From assembly GCA_043716935.1 (NCBI GenBank), contig JAYSXW010000004.1:2399-66398 (forward strand): a stretch of 64,000 nucleotides of DNA, written 5' to 3'. Both the position numbers and the translations under genes were made by a program. Origin of the DNA: Pseudonocardia sp. (GTDB lineage: Bacteria; Actinomycetota; Actinomycetes; Mycobacteriales; Pseudonocardiaceae). Every line of letters starts with the position of its first letter. Position 1 is the stretch's first letter. Below, one piece after another: positions 28,636 to 39,154 of the stretch. The notes below the pieces were generated by a model that was not told where the DNA came from, did not search any database, and was given only the letters and a program-made list of their open reading frames with translations.

Positions 28636-29946
28636 GTGATCCTCGCCGCAGGACAGCTGATCGCCGAGCGCTACGAGCTCGAGCGGCGCATCGCCGTCGG
28701 TGGGATGGGCGAGGTGTGGGAGGCCTCCGACACCCGTCTGGGCCGCAACGTCGCCGTCAAGGTGCTGCGCCCGGAGCTGTCGGGCGATCCGGAGTTCCTG
28801 CACCGCTTCCGCATCGAGGCCCGGACGGTCGCGTCGCTGGACCACCACGGCATCGCCGCCGTGCACGACTACGGCGAGGCCGACGGCCCGGCCGGGCGCC
28901 GCACCGCCTACCTCGTCATGGAGCTGGTCCGCGGGGAGCCGCTGTCCACACTGATCGCGCGCGGCCCGATCGAGCCGGACGAGACGCTGCGGCTGATCGA
29001 GGAGGCCGCATGGGCACTGCAGGCCGCACACGACCGTGGGTACGTCCACCGTGACGTCAAGCCGGGCAACATCCTCATCCGCACGGACGGGCAGGTGAAG
29101 CTCACCGATTTCGGCATCGCGAAGGCGGCCGACGCCGTACCGGTCACGCGGTCGGGCATGGTGATGGGCACCGCGCACTACATCGCCCCGGAGCAGGCCA
29201 GCGGCGCCGAGGCCGGCCCGGCCGGCGACGTCTACTCGCTCGGCATCGTCGGCTACGAGTGCCTCGTCGGGCATCGGCCGTTCCGCGCCGACAGCGCGGT
29301 CGCGGTGGCGATGATGCAGGTACGCGACGAACCGCCGCCGTTGCCGACGACGGTGCCATCGGACGTCCGCGAGCTCATCGAGTCCGTACTGGTCAAGGAC
29401 CCGACCCAGCGCTACGCGACGGGGGGCGAGTTCGCCGTCGCGGTGGCGGCGGTGCGGCGCGGGGAGCCGCCGCCGGTGCCCGCGTCGATCAGCGGGGAGA
29501 CGCCGTCGATCACGCCACCCACACCGTCGCGGGCGAGGGCGGCGGTCACCACCGTCACGCCGCCACCCGCCCCGGTCGTGCCCCCGGCACCGCGCACGGC
29601 GTCCCGTCCGGCGCGGCCGGTCCCGGTTTCCACTCCCCAGCCAGTGACTCCCCGGCCTCGGACGGCCCGGGCGGTGACGCCGCCGCCCCGCCCACGGGTG
29701 GAGCCCGTCGCGCAGCCGCTGCGGTTGGCGCCGGCGGCGGGTTCGGGCCGAACATTGCTGCTGGTGCTGTTCGTGCTGCTCACCCTCGCGGCCGTGGCCG
29801 TGGGGATCTTCGTGCTCCGCGGGAGCGGCGCGGGTACGACCTCGCAAGGGGCGCCGACGAGTAGCGTGGCGGCGCGGGGGACCCTTCTCGCCGAGCCCGA
29901 CTCGATGACCAGAACCTCCGACACCCCCAGGAACCCACAGCGATGA
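28636..29946 (+). CDS. pknA: Ser/Thr protein kinase PknA
   Basis: GTG at 28636; [27 protein letters not shown]; Pro-rich linker and TM. Confidence 0.92.
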   Translation: MILAAGQLIAERYELERRIAVGGMGEVWEASDTRLGRNVAVKVLRPELSGDPEFLHRFRIEARTVASLDHHGIAAVHDYGEADGPAGRRTAYLVMELVRGEPLSTLIARGPIEPDETLRLIEEAAWALQAAHDRGYVHRDVKPGNILIRTDGQVKLTDFGIAKAADAVPVTRSGMVMGTAHYIAPEQASGAEAGPAGDVYSLGIVGYECLVGHRPFRADSAVAVAMMQVRDEPPPLPTTVPSDVRELIESVLVKDPTQRYATGGEFAVAVAAVRRGEPPPVPASISGETPSITPPTPSRARAAVTTVTPPPAPVVPPAPRTASRPARPVPVSTPQPVTPRPRTARAVTPPPRPRVEPVAQPLRLAPAAGSGRTLLLVLFVLLTLAAVAVGIFVLRGSGAGTTSQGAPTSSVAARGTLLAEPDSMTRTSDTPRNPQR

Positions 29947-31856
29947 CCACCCCCCGACTGTTGTCCGAGCGCTATGAGCTGGGCGAGGTGCTCGGATACG
30001 GCGGCATGTCCGAGGTGCACCGCGGGCTGGACACGCGCCTGGGCCGGGACGTCGCTGTGAAGGTGCTGCGGGCCGACCTGGCGCGCGATCCGCAGTTCCA
30101 GATGCGTTTCCGACGCGAGGCCCAGAACGCCGCGTCGCTCAACCACCCCGCGATCGTGTCGGTCTACGACACCGGCGAGGTGCAGAGCGAGTTCGGTCCG
30201 TTGCCCTACATCGTCATGGAGTACGTCGACGGGCAGACGCTGCGCGAGATCGTGAAGACCACCGGTCCCATGACCCAGCAGAAGGTCATCGAGGTGATGG
30301 CGGACGTCTGCGCCGCACTGGACTTCAGCCACCGCCACAACATCATCCATCGTGACGTGAAGCCCGCCAACATCATGATCAACCGCGCCGGGGCGGTGAA
30401 GGTCATGGATTTCGGCATCGCCCGCGCGCTCGGCGAGGGCCAGAACGTCACCCAGACCGCGGCGGTCATCGGCACCGCGCAGTACCTGTCCCCCGAGCAG
30501 GCGCGGGGTGAGGCCGTCGATGCCCGGAGCGACGTCTACGCCGCGGGCTGCGTGCTGTTCGAACTCCTCACCGGTGAACCGCCGTTCACCGGTGATACAC
30601 CCGTCGCGGTGGCCTACCAGCACGTGCGGGAGGACCCGCGCCATCCCTCGGAGCTCAACCCCTCGATCCCGCCGGCACTGGACGCCGTCGCGCTCAAGGC
30701 GCTCTCGAAGAACCCGGTCAACCGCTACCAGTCGGCCGCGGAGATGCGCACCGACCTCGTGCGCGTGCGCAGTGGCCAGGCACCGCTGGCGCCGACCATC
30801 CTGAGCGAGGACGAGCGCACCGCGCTGATGACGCCCCCGACGGCCGGCACCCGGAGGATCAACGGCAGCCGTCCGGTCGCGCCCGTGTACGACGACTACT
30901 ACGAGGACGAGCCGCGTCGCGGGGCCGGCCGGATAGTCGCCATCGTTCTCGGCGTGCTGCTGGTGCTGGGACTGGTCGGGTTCGTGGCGTTCCAGCTGCT
31001 GCGTCCGCCGCCGCCGCCGCTGCAGATCCGGGTGCCGGGCGTGGCGGGCCAGACGGTGCAGCAGGCGGGCAACCAGATCATCAGCCTGGACCTGCAGGTG
31101 GCGGCCCAGCCCGAGGAGGTGGCCTCCGATGTCGGCGAGATCGGGAAGGTCGTCGGAAGCACGCCGGGCAGCGGCACCTTGGTACCGAAGAACTCCGTCG
31201 TGAAGTTGCAGGTCGGCCGCGGGCCCGACCGCACCGTCGTCCCCCGCCTCCAGGGCCAGACCCCGCAGCAGGTCGAACCACTGCTGAGCGGCCGGGCCCT
31301 CAAACTCGGCACCACCACCGAGCAGGAGACCGGCGACGCGAACCTCCTCGGGAAGGTCATCTCCTCCGCGCCGGAAGCCGGTGAGGAGGTCGCCGGGCAG
31401 AGCGCGGTGAACATCGTCGTCGGCAAGGAGAAGTCGACCGCTCAGGTACCGAACGTCCAGAATCAGGACGCCGCCACCGCGCAGCAGACGCTGCAGAGCG
31501 CCGGGTTCAAGGTCGGGCAGCAGCAGGTCGACAACAACGCCGACGCCGGCACGGTGCTCGGCACCAACCCGGCCACCGGCACCACCGTCCAGAAGGGCTC
31601 GACGGTCAACCTGCAGATCTCCCGAGGCCCGCAGAACCAGACGGTGCCCGACGTCGTCGGGCAGAAGGAGAACGACGCCAAGGACACCCTCCGCGGGGCG
31701 GGCTACCGGAAGGTCAACGTCGTCGATCAGCCGGTGTTGCCGGGCGACCAGGACGGCATCGTCCTGCGCCAGAGCCCGGACGCCGGCCAGACGGCGGACC
31801 CGGGCCAGGAGATCCAACTGCTGGTCGGCAAGCAGATCGGCAATGGCAACAACTGA
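29943..31856 (+). CDS. pknB: Ser/Thr protein kinase PknB with four PASTA domains
   Basis: [24 protein letters not shown]; TM; four VP.V.G-type repeats. Confidence 0.96.
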   Translation: MTTPRLLSERYELGEVLGYGGMSEVHRGLDTRLGRDVAVKVLRADLARDPQFQMRFRREAQNAASLNHPAIVSVYDTGEVQSEFGPLPYIVMEYVDGQTLREIVKTTGPMTQQKVIEVMADVCAALDFSHRHNIIHRDVKPANIMINRAGAVKVMDFGIARALGEGQNVTQTAAVIGTAQYLSPEQARGEAVDARSDVYAAGCVLFELLTGEPPFTGDTPVAVAYQHVREDPRHPSELNPSIPPALDAVALKALSKNPVNRYQSAAEMRTDLVRVRSGQAPLAPTILSEDERTALMTPPTAGTRRINGSRPVAPVYDDYYEDEPRRGAGRIVAIVLGVLLVLGLVGFVAFQLLRPPPPPLQIRVPGVAGQTVQQAGNQIISLDLQVAAQPEEVASDVGEIGKVVGSTPGSGTLVPKNSVVKLQVGRGPDRTVVPRLQGQTPQQVEPLLSGRALKLGTTTEQETGDANLLGKVISSAPEAGEEVAGQSAVNIVVGKEKSTAQVPNVQNQDAATAQQTLQSAGFKVGQQQVDNNADAGTVLGTNPATGTTVQKGSTVNLQISRGPQNQTVPDVVGQKENDAKDTLRGAGYRKVNVVDQPVLPGDQDGIVLRQSPDAGQTADPGQEIQLLVGKQIGNGNN

Positions 31857-31884
31857 GTCTGGAACAACGACCGGGACTGGTCCC

Positions 31885-32520
31885 ATGCGCGTGATCGTGA
31901 TCGACAACTACGACAGCTTCGTCTACAACCTGGTGCAGTACCTCGCCCAGCTCGGCGCCGAGACAGTGGTTCGGCGTAACGACCAGGTGGATCTCGACGA
32001 GCTCGTGAAGTTCGATGGCGTGCTGGTCAGCCCGGGTCCCGGGACGCCGGAGCGCGCCGGTTCGAGCGTCGAGGTGATCCGCCGCAGCGCCGTGTCCGGG
32101 CTGCCGCTGATCGGGGTGTGCCTGGGCCACCAGGCCATCGGGGTGGCGTGGGGCGGGGTCGTGGAGCGCGCCCCGGAGCTGTTGCACGGCAAGACGTCGC
32201 GGGTGCACCACGCGGGCGAGGGTCTGCTCGCGGGCCTCCCGCGTCCGTTCGTCGCCACCCGTTACCACTCGCTGTCGATCCGGCCCGACACGATGCCTGC
32301 GGAGTTGGAGGTCATCGCGCGCACCGACGGCGGCGTGATCATGGCGTTGCGGCACCGCGAGCTACCGATCGTCGGGGTGCAGTTCCATCCCGAGTCGGTG
32401 CTCACCGAGGGTGGTCATCGGCTGCTGGCCAACTGGATGGGAACGGCCGGGCATCCCGTCCCGGACACGCTGGTGGAGTCCCTGACGGCCGAGACGGCCG
32501 CGGTGAGCGCTCGCGCCTGA
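31885..32520 (+). CDS. pabA: Aminodeoxychorismate/anthranilate synthase component II (glutamine amidotransferase)
   Basis: IDNYDSFVYNL, SPGPG, GVCLGHQ, QFHPES. Confidence 0.93.
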   Translation: MRVIVIDNYDSFVYNLVQYLAQLGAETVVRRNDQVDLDELVKFDGVLVSPGPGTPERAGSSVEVIRRSAVSGLPLIGVCLGHQAIGVAWGGVVERAPELLHGKTSRVHHAGEGLLAGLPRPFVATRYHSLSIRPDTMPAELEVIARTDGGVIMALRHRELPIVGVQFHPESVLTEGGHRLLANWMGTAGHPVPDTLVESLTAETAAVSARA

Positions 32521-32601
32521 TGCTGGTCACGGCCCGGATCGCGCTACCGTGGCAGCAGGCGCCCGGGGCAGCACCCGGGCGGGATCATGCGAGGTCAAAT
32601 T

Positions 32602-32871
32602 ATGCCCAAGTCCAAGGTCCGGAAGAAGGCGACCTACACGCCGCCCCCGAACGAGCGGGCCGGCACCACGCCGGTGAAGATCACCGGTCCGACCAATCCC
32701 GTCTACGTGGCGGTGTTCCTCGTCCTGATGATCGGTGGCCTGGTGTGGTTGGTGGTCAACTACCTCGCCCAGGACTCGATCCCCTTCATGCTGGCGCTCG
32801 GTCCATGGAACTTCGCGATCGGATTCTCGCTCATCGTAATCGGCCTTCTCATGACCATGAGATGGCGCTGA
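32602..32871 (+). CDS. crgA: Cell division protein CrgA
   Basis: MPKSKVRKK start, two TM, WN..IGF, MTMRWR end. Confidence 0.95.
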   Translation: MPKSKVRKKATYTPPPNERAGTTPVKITGPTNPVYVAVFLVLMIGGLVWLVVNYLAQDSIPFMLALGPWNFAIGFSLIVIGLLMTMRWR

Positions 32872-32905
32872 ACCGCAGAAATACACGGTTGTCAGTAGTC
32901 CCCAA

Positions 32906-32927
32906 TGTGGACAACGGGTGTGGACAA
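32906..32927 (-). promoter_or_regulatory. Pair of perfect DnaA boxes (TTGTCCACA x2, 4-bp gap)
   Basis: TGTGGACAA at 32906-32914 and 32919-32927. Confidence 0.8.
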
Positions 32928-32933
32928 GTTACG

Positions 32934-33377
32934 TTGAGTGGTCGTGATTCATCCGCGTGCCAATGGAGCCCGGCCCCTGGCCTGGTGGCACTCGCGTGGC
33001 TGGGCACCGGAGCCGCCGCCGCGTGGGCCGCGGCACTCGCGCCCGGGGGCGGGGACGCGCCGGGGTTGGTGCTGGCGGTGGTCGCCACGATCGGGTTGCT
33101 CGTGGGCGCAGTGTTCGGCAGCCGGGCCAGGCCGCGGCTGCGCGCCGATGCCGACGGCCTCACCGTCGGCGGCGTGTTCCGCACCAGCCACTATCCGTGG
33201 CCGCTGATCGAGGGCGTCCGGGTGCTGCGAGTACGGCGTTTCGGACGCGATACGTCCCTGCTCGAGGTCGACACCGTCACCGCAGTGGGCGCCGAGCGTC
33301 TCCTGGTTTTCGGCCGACTGGAGCTCGCTGCCGACCCCGAGGACGTGGCCCCGCAGCTGCTCGCTCGCCGTCCCTGA
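32934..33377 (+). CDS. PH-domain membrane protein (Rv0010c-like); start uncertain (32907 or 32934)
   Basis: WSP..LV, two TM, RPRLRAD.DGL, RRFGR..LLEVD, LLVFGR.ELAADP.DV; syntenic with crgA. Confidence 0.75.
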   Translation: MSGRDSSACQWSPAPGLVALAWLGTGAAAAWAAALAPGGGDAPGLVLAVVATIGLLVGAVFGSRARPRLRADADGLTVGGVFRTSHYPWPLIEGVRVLRVRRFGRDTSLLEVDTVTAVGAERLLVFGRLELAADPEDVAPQLLARRP

Positions 33378-33520
33378 GACGGCCGAAGTAGGCCCCCCAG
33401 GTCATCCGTCCGGCCACACCCGGCGGTGACGGACGGTGGCCAGGCGTCACACGTCGGGGGGTCGCCACCGGCCCACGAGCTGCCTGTGATCGAAAGCTCC
33501 TCGACGAAGGGAGTCAGCGT

Positions 33521-33583
33521 ATGACGAGGTCCACGATGCGGGGCACCGACGGCTGCAGCCGCGGCTGCGGAATGCCCGACTGA
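33521..33583 (+). CDS. Candidate 20-aa small protein MTRSTMRGTDGCSRGCGMPD
   Basis: AAGGGAG RBS 7 nt upstream; strong hairpin 15 nt after the stop; no homology known to me. Confidence 0.3.
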   Translation: MTRSTMRGTDGCSRGCGMPD

Positions 33584-33597
33584 CCGTCCCGACGAGA

Positions 33598-33634
33598 ACG
33601 GCGGGGCACCCTTCCCCCAAAGGTGCCCCGCCGT
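33598..33634. terminator. GC-rich hairpin between convergent units
   Basis: ACGGCGGGGCACC / GGTGCCCCGCCGT 13-bp stem. Confidence 0.75.
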
Positions 33635-33650
33635 CGTCACGACCGCGGAC

Positions 33651-34517
33651 CTACGTGTAGGCGGCCAGCGCGGTCGCCGCGAGCACCATGACGGTGATCC
33701 CGATGAGCGCGACCGCTTGGACCCGCACCCGATTCGTCACGGGGGCGTACACCAGCGCCACGGTGGCCCCAGCGCCGACCACGAGGCCGCCGAGGTGGCC
33801 CGCGATCGAGATGTTCGGGACCACCACGCTGATCACCAGGTTGACGGCGATCAGGCCGATCACCTGCCCGACCGGAGCCTTCAGCCGTCGTAGCACGATC
33901 GCGAGTCCGCCCATCAGCCCGAACACCGCACCGGACGCGCCGGCCGTCGCGGTCATCGGGTCGGAGAACAGCATCACCGAGGCTGCCCCGCCCAACAGGG
34001 ACACCACGTAGAGCGCGGTGAACCGGCCGCGGCCGAGCACCTTCTCCAGGTCCCGGCCCAGGACCCACAGCGCCCACATGTTGAACAGCAGGTGGATCGG
34101 GCCGATGTGCAGGAAGCCTGACGTGACCAGCCGCCACCAGTCGCCGTCGGTCACCAGGAACGGGGCGAGCGCCCAGGCGTCGAACAGGTCCGAGTCGGCG
34201 TTGTTGCTGACGCTGCCGGCCTGCAGGACAGTCCACCCGAAGACCGCGACGTTGAGCGCGATCAGCACCGGCACGACGATCGAGCGGTCGAGCGGCTCGG
34301 CCCCAGCCACCGTGGTGGCCCGCCGGACCTCGCGTCCGCCCTGGGCCACGCAGTCCACGCACTGGGCGCCGACGGCGCCCGAGCGCAGGCACTCCGGGCA
34401 GGACGGTCGTCCGCAGCGGGTGCAGGACAGTCCGGTGACGCGGTCGGGGTGCCGCACGCACACGGTCCCGTCCCCCGGGTGCGGAGGCGGGGTCGGGGGA
34501 ACGGAAGGGTGCGTCAC
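33651..34517 (-). CDS. Rhomboid family intramembrane serine protease with N-terminal zinc-ribbon
   Basis: C.RHP..CTRCGRP.CPEC..CVDC; WWRLVTSGFLH, GASGAVFG, HLGG. Confidence 0.93.
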   Translation of the reverse strand: MTHPSVPPTPPPHPGDGTVCVRHPDRVTGLSCTRCGRPSCPECLRSGAVGAQCVDCVAQGGREVRRATTVAGAEPLDRSIVVPVLIALNVAVFGWTVLQAGSVSNNADSDLFDAWALAPFLVTDGDWWRLVTSGFLHIGPIHLLFNMWALWVLGRDLEKVLGRGRFTALYVVSLLGGAASVMLFSDPMTATAGASGAVFGLMGGLAIVLRRLKAPVGQVIGLIAVNLVISVVVPNISIAGHLGGLVVGAGATVALVYAPVTNRVRVQAVALIGITVMVLAATALAAYT

Positions 34518-34525
34518 GGCAGGTC

Positions 34526-35045
<520 letters not shown>

Positions 35046-35053
<8 letters not shown>

Positions 35054-36293
35054 GCACCCATCGTGCCAGCTCGGGCGGCCGGCGCAGCACCTCGCCCAGG
35101 AAGCCGCTGACGATCGCCTCGTAGGCGGCGGGGTCGGCGTTCCATGACGCGGTGTGCTCGACCCCCGCCACCTCGACGTAGCGCATCGGCCAGTCCAGCC
35201 CCGCGGCCGCGGCGGCGAGGGCACGGCTGGCCCGCACCGGCACCGCCGTGTCCGGCGCGCTGTGCACGACGAGCGTCGGCGGGCGCACCGCAGGGGGACG
35301 CCGACGCAGGTCGAAGTGGTCGAAGTTGATGCCGATGCGCCGGCTCGTGACGCCGATGGCCAGCGGGGTGAGCCCCGGGGGCAGGCGCCGGTTGCGGGCC
35401 TGCTGCCGCAGCGTCGCGCGCCAGTCCACCAGCGGAGCGTCCCAGACCACGGCGGCGACGGCGTCGGCCAGCGGCGACCGGTCCAGGAACGCCGCCGTGA
35501 CGGCCGCGCCCATCGACCAGCCGACGAGCACGACCCGGCGGGCCCCCTGGCCGAGCGCGTACCGGACGGCGGCCTGCACGTCCTCCCACTCGGTGTCGCC
35601 CAGGTGGTGGCGGCCGTCCGGGCTGGGTGGAGCGCCCTCGTCGTTGCGGTAGGTCGCTACCAGCACCGGGCCCAGGGCCGCCATGGCCGGCAGGAGCCGG
35701 AGCGTCTCGCGCCGGGTACCGCCGCGGCCGTGCACGAGCACCGCCCAGGTGTCGCCCGGGCCTGGGACGAGCCAGGCGGGGTAGTCGCCCAACGGGCCCG
35801 GGACGGTGATGTCGTCGAACGCGAGCCCCCGCGTCCCGGGGTCGGGGTCGAACGGGTTGGCGTCGATCATGGCTCGGGTGCCGGGCGGCGGCACCGGCCC
35901 GTTCAGTACCGGACGTACCAGGCCGTCGGGCCGGTCGACGTCGACCGGACCGATCATCGCCAGCCCGCCGGGCCAACGCAGACCCCAGATGCCGGGCTGG
36001 GCGGTGAGTCGGGTGCGGGCCAGGGTCACGCCGGCCGGGTCGGCAGCCATCACCCGCTCCGGGTAGAGAGGCCGCGGCGTGGTGTCGAGCAGGATCGAGG
36101 AGTAGACCCAGCCGATCCCACCGGCCGCACCGGCGGCGACACCGAGGCCGGCGCCGATTCCGACGCCCGCAGCCCCGATTCGCGCAGCCCCGATCCGTCC
36201 AGGTCCGATCCGTCCAGCAGCGGTGCGTGCCGCTTCGAGCCGCGTCCCCCCGTCGACCTGCCCCACCCCGATCCACCTCACACCGACCCCCAC
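35046..36293 (-). CDS. Alpha/beta hydrolase with N-terminal anchor (start uncertain)
   Basis: [14 protein letters not shown] nucleophile elbow, VHS.PD, GVEH. Confidence 0.8.
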
Positions 36294-36461
36294 TCGCCCG
36301 GGCTACCCCCTGTCCCGAGCTGCGCCGTTCGGGCGCGGATCGCTGTGCGGCCTGCCATTGTCCGATCATCCACCCGGTCGTGCCCCACGGCGCGCGGGAC
36401 GCGACCAGGCGCGGATCAGGCGACCCGGCGGCCGCACCACCGTCGCGGCCGCACCTGCGAT

Positions 36462-36475
36462 GTTCCACGTGGAAC
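36462..36475. promoter_or_regulatory. parS: parS-type palindrome GTTCCACGTGGAAC
   Basis: Perfect 14-bp palindrome, variant of actinobacterial GTTTCACGTGAAAC. Confidence 0.7.
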
Positions 36476-36476
36476 C

Positions 36477-36800
36477 TCAGCGCGGCTGGACCTCGCCCAT
36501 GGCACCCCAGCCGTCCTGCGGCACATCCTGGACGCTGACGATCTCGGGCGTGGATGCGACGTAGTCGGGCATCCAGCCGGTCGCGGTGTGGAAGTGCTCG
36601 GAGTTGACGTGGTCGCCCGCAGCGCCGTCCTGGAACGCCTCGACCAGCACGTACTGGTCCGGCGTCTCGACGCTGGTCGACCATTCGAAGAAGATGTTGC
36701 CCGGTTCCGCGCGCGTGGCCCTCGTGAAGTCGGAGACCTTGTCCAGCCACTGGCCGGACAGCTCCGGGCGGATCGTGAACTTGACGACGATGAAGATCAT
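36477..36800 (-). CDS. ABM-family putative quinol monooxygenase
   Basis: MIFIVVKF, TRAEPGN.FFEW, YVLVEAF, HVNSEHF; AGGAG RBS. Confidence 0.85.
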   Translation of the reverse strand: MIFIVVKFTIRPELSGQWLDKVSDFTRATRAEPGNIFFEWSTSVETPDQYVLVEAFQDGAAGDHVNSEHFHTATGWMPDYVASTPEIVSVQDVPQDGWGAMGEVQPR

Positions 36801-36966
36801 GAAAACTCCTTCGGTTCCGGTCGGGCGACGGCAGTCTGTCAACGCGCACGTCCATCGTCGAGGCATCGCCGGAGATCACGATGTCGCAGGATGAGACGGT
36901 CACGTTCCCGCCGAGATGGGACCGTCCTCTGGTTGCGACGCCGGCAGTCAGGAGCAGGACCCTTCG

Positions 36967-37887
36967 ATGTCGAGCACCCGGCTGACCACGTGGCACCAGG
37001 AGCTGTTCACCGCGGTCGAGCGGTGGCCCTGGCTGCATGCGATCAACGAGCGCGTGTCCGCGGTGACGCAGCCGCTCTACGACCGGCACCGGGACAATGT
37101 CGTCGTCGAGCTGATGCACGGTGGTCGCTGGGCCGGGCACACGGTGCACGCCGCCCTCAGTGACCTGCCCATCGGGCTGTGGTCGGGCACCATCGTCCTC
37201 GACCTGCTGGGCAAGGACGTCCCCGTGGACGGCGGGCGACTCGATCCTGCGGGGGCGCTGAGCGCGGCCGGCCTGGTCGCCGCCGCCGCAACGATCGCGA
37301 CCGGCGTCACCGACTGGTCGGTCAGCGACGGGGGCGACCGCCGCGTCGGGCTCTTCCACGGCCTGCTCAACCTGGCCGGGACGGCGCTGCAAGCCGCCTC
37401 GCTCGTGGCGCGACTGTCCGGGCAGCGGGGCCCGGCGCGGGTCCTCGCCGTCACGAGCATGACCGTCACGGGAGCCGCGGGATTCGTCGGCGGCCACCTC
37501 GTGCAGGGCCGGGCGGTGATGGTCAACCGGGTGGCGACCACCACCGGACCCACCCGATGGGTCCGCGCGATCGAGGACGGTGACCTGCCCGACGGCGCCA
37601 CCACCGGCGTCGTCGTCGACGGTCGGCAGGTGATGCTGCACCGCCGCGGCGACGAGGTGCACGCCCTCGACGACCTCTGCAGCCACGCCGGCGCACTGCT
37701 CAGCCGCGGCCCCGTCCTCGACTGCGTCGTCACCTGCCCGTTGCACGAGTCACGGTTCGACGTGCGCGACGGCCGCATCGTGCGCGGACCCGCGCACCAC
37801 CCCCAACCGGTCCTCCCGACGCGGATCCGGAACGGCTGGATCGAGCTCCGGGGTTCCCAGCCCCGGTCCCGGCGAGCGACAACCTAG
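36967..37887 (+). CDS. DUF2231-like membrane domain fused to Rieske 2Fe-2S domain
   Basis: H.ALSDLPIGLW, TG.TDW, GL.HGLLN, GGHL TM region; CSH..CPLH Rieske ligands. Confidence 0.85.
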   Translation: MSSTRLTTWHQELFTAVERWPWLHAINERVSAVTQPLYDRHRDNVVVELMHGGRWAGHTVHAALSDLPIGLWSGTIVLDLLGKDVPVDGGRLDPAGALSAAGLVAAAATIATGVTDWSVSDGGDRRVGLFHGLLNLAGTALQAASLVARLSGQRGPARVLAVTSMTVTGAAGFVGGHLVQGRAVMVNRVATTTGPTRWVRAIEDGDLPDGATTGVVVDGRQVMLHRRGDEVHALDDLCSHAGALLSRGPVLDCVVTCPLHESRFDVRDGRIVRGPAHHPQPVLPTRIRNGWIELRGSQPRSRRATT

Positions 37888-37895
37888 GAGGAGCC

Positions 37896-38249
37896 ATGAC
37901 GTGGGAAGCGGTCGCCGATCTGGACCAGCTCGAGGAGGGCGACATGATGCTCGTCCAGTTGAGCGAGCCGGTGTGCGTGGTACGCCTCTACGAGGACGAG
38001 GCGGTGGCGGTGCACAACACCTGCACCCACCAGCAGCAGCCGCTCAACGAGGGATACCTGCAGGAGGACGACACGCTCATCTGCCCCGCCCACAACTCGT
38101 GCTTCGACCTGCGCACCGGCGAGCCGCGAGGGGTCCCGGCCGTCGCCCCGATCCCCGTCTACGCCTGCAAGATCGAGGACGGCGCCATCTGGGTCGACAT
38201 GGAGCAGCAGCTCAACGACGCGGCGATTCCCCACAAGCCCTACCACTGA
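37896..38249 (+). CDS. Rieske-type ferredoxin
   Basis: CTH..CPAH, FDLRTG; GGAGG RBS. Confidence 0.9.
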   Translation: MTWEAVADLDQLEEGDMMLVQLSEPVCVVRLYEDEAVAVHNTCTHQQQPLNEGYLQEDDTLICPAHNSCFDLRTGEPRGVPAVAPIPVYACKIEDGAIWVDMEQQLNDAAIPHKPYH

Positions 38250-38314
38250 CCGTCGGCCGTTCGAGATCGTCAGGAGTGGTGTCGGGACGACACGGTTGTC
38301 ACTCCCACGCCACG

Positions 38315-39091
38315 TGACGTTTTCCCAGTAGCAGCTTGATCAAGTTGTGCGGTGAGCCGGTCTGCCTCGCCGAGGTAGCCGAGATCGGCGGGTACGACGC
38401 GCTCGGGGTCGGTGAAGGCGTTCAGGGCGTCGAGCAGCCCGGGATGTGTGCGGGCGCAGGTGAGGTCGTGCTCGCGGCCCGGGCGGACGTCGGAGACCCA
38501 CAGCGGCCAGCCGTCGGGTGCGGTGACGACCTGGATGTTCCCCGCGGTGCTGGTGGTGTTTGCCCGACCGCCACAGGTCCACGTGCGCGGTCGGGCCGAG
38601 GGCCTTGCTGCGGTCGGTGTGGACAAGGGTGCCGTCCAGGTGCACTGGGAGTGCCCGGCGATGCGGGCGGCCAGTAGCACCCCGCGCAGGCCGGGGGTGA
38701 CCGCGGCGAGTACGTCGATCCCTTCGTGCAGGTAGCGGTAGGCGGTGGAGATACCGATGCGGTTGTCGCGGGCGAGCTGATCGACCCGGGTGGTGTCGAG
38801 GAACCGCCGCAGCACCAGCACCGCGTGGCGCCACGACCCGAGTGCACGCCGCCCGCGCCGGGTTCCGCGGCGACACCGTTCGGCGTCGAGCAGCCGGCGA
38901 GGCGGGCGACGACGGGTTCCCCGATCGGGAGCACGGCGGTGTAGGTGACAGGGTCGGGCACGCGGGCCCTCGGTCTTGAGTCGATCTTTGAGCGGACCGC
39001 CTTTTCTACCGAGGTCCCGCGCTCAACACGGTCATCTCCTGGTCCTCGGCGTGTCGCCTACCGCCCTCACCGCGCTAATGGGAAAACGTCA
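38315..39091 (-). mobile_element. Decayed IS5-family-like insertion sequence (777 bp)
   Basis: Terminal IRs TGACGTTTTCCCAGTAGC (38315-38332) and GCTAATGGGAAAACGTCA (39074-39091), 17/18 match; no clear TSD. Confidence 0.85.
38340..38961 (-). pseudogene. DDE_Tnp_4/HTH transposase pseudogene (frameshifts, C-terminal deletion)
   Basis: Fragments MPDPVTYTAVLP, IGISTAYRYLHEGIDVLA, LDGTLVHTDR, NIQVVTAPDGWPLWVS..GREHD, ADLGY spread over three frames. Confidence 0.85.
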
Positions 39092-39154
39092 GTGTGCGAC
39101 CTCCGGCAAGACCGGGGGTCGCAGCTACGGGCCGTAGGCCACCGGTTCGGGAAG

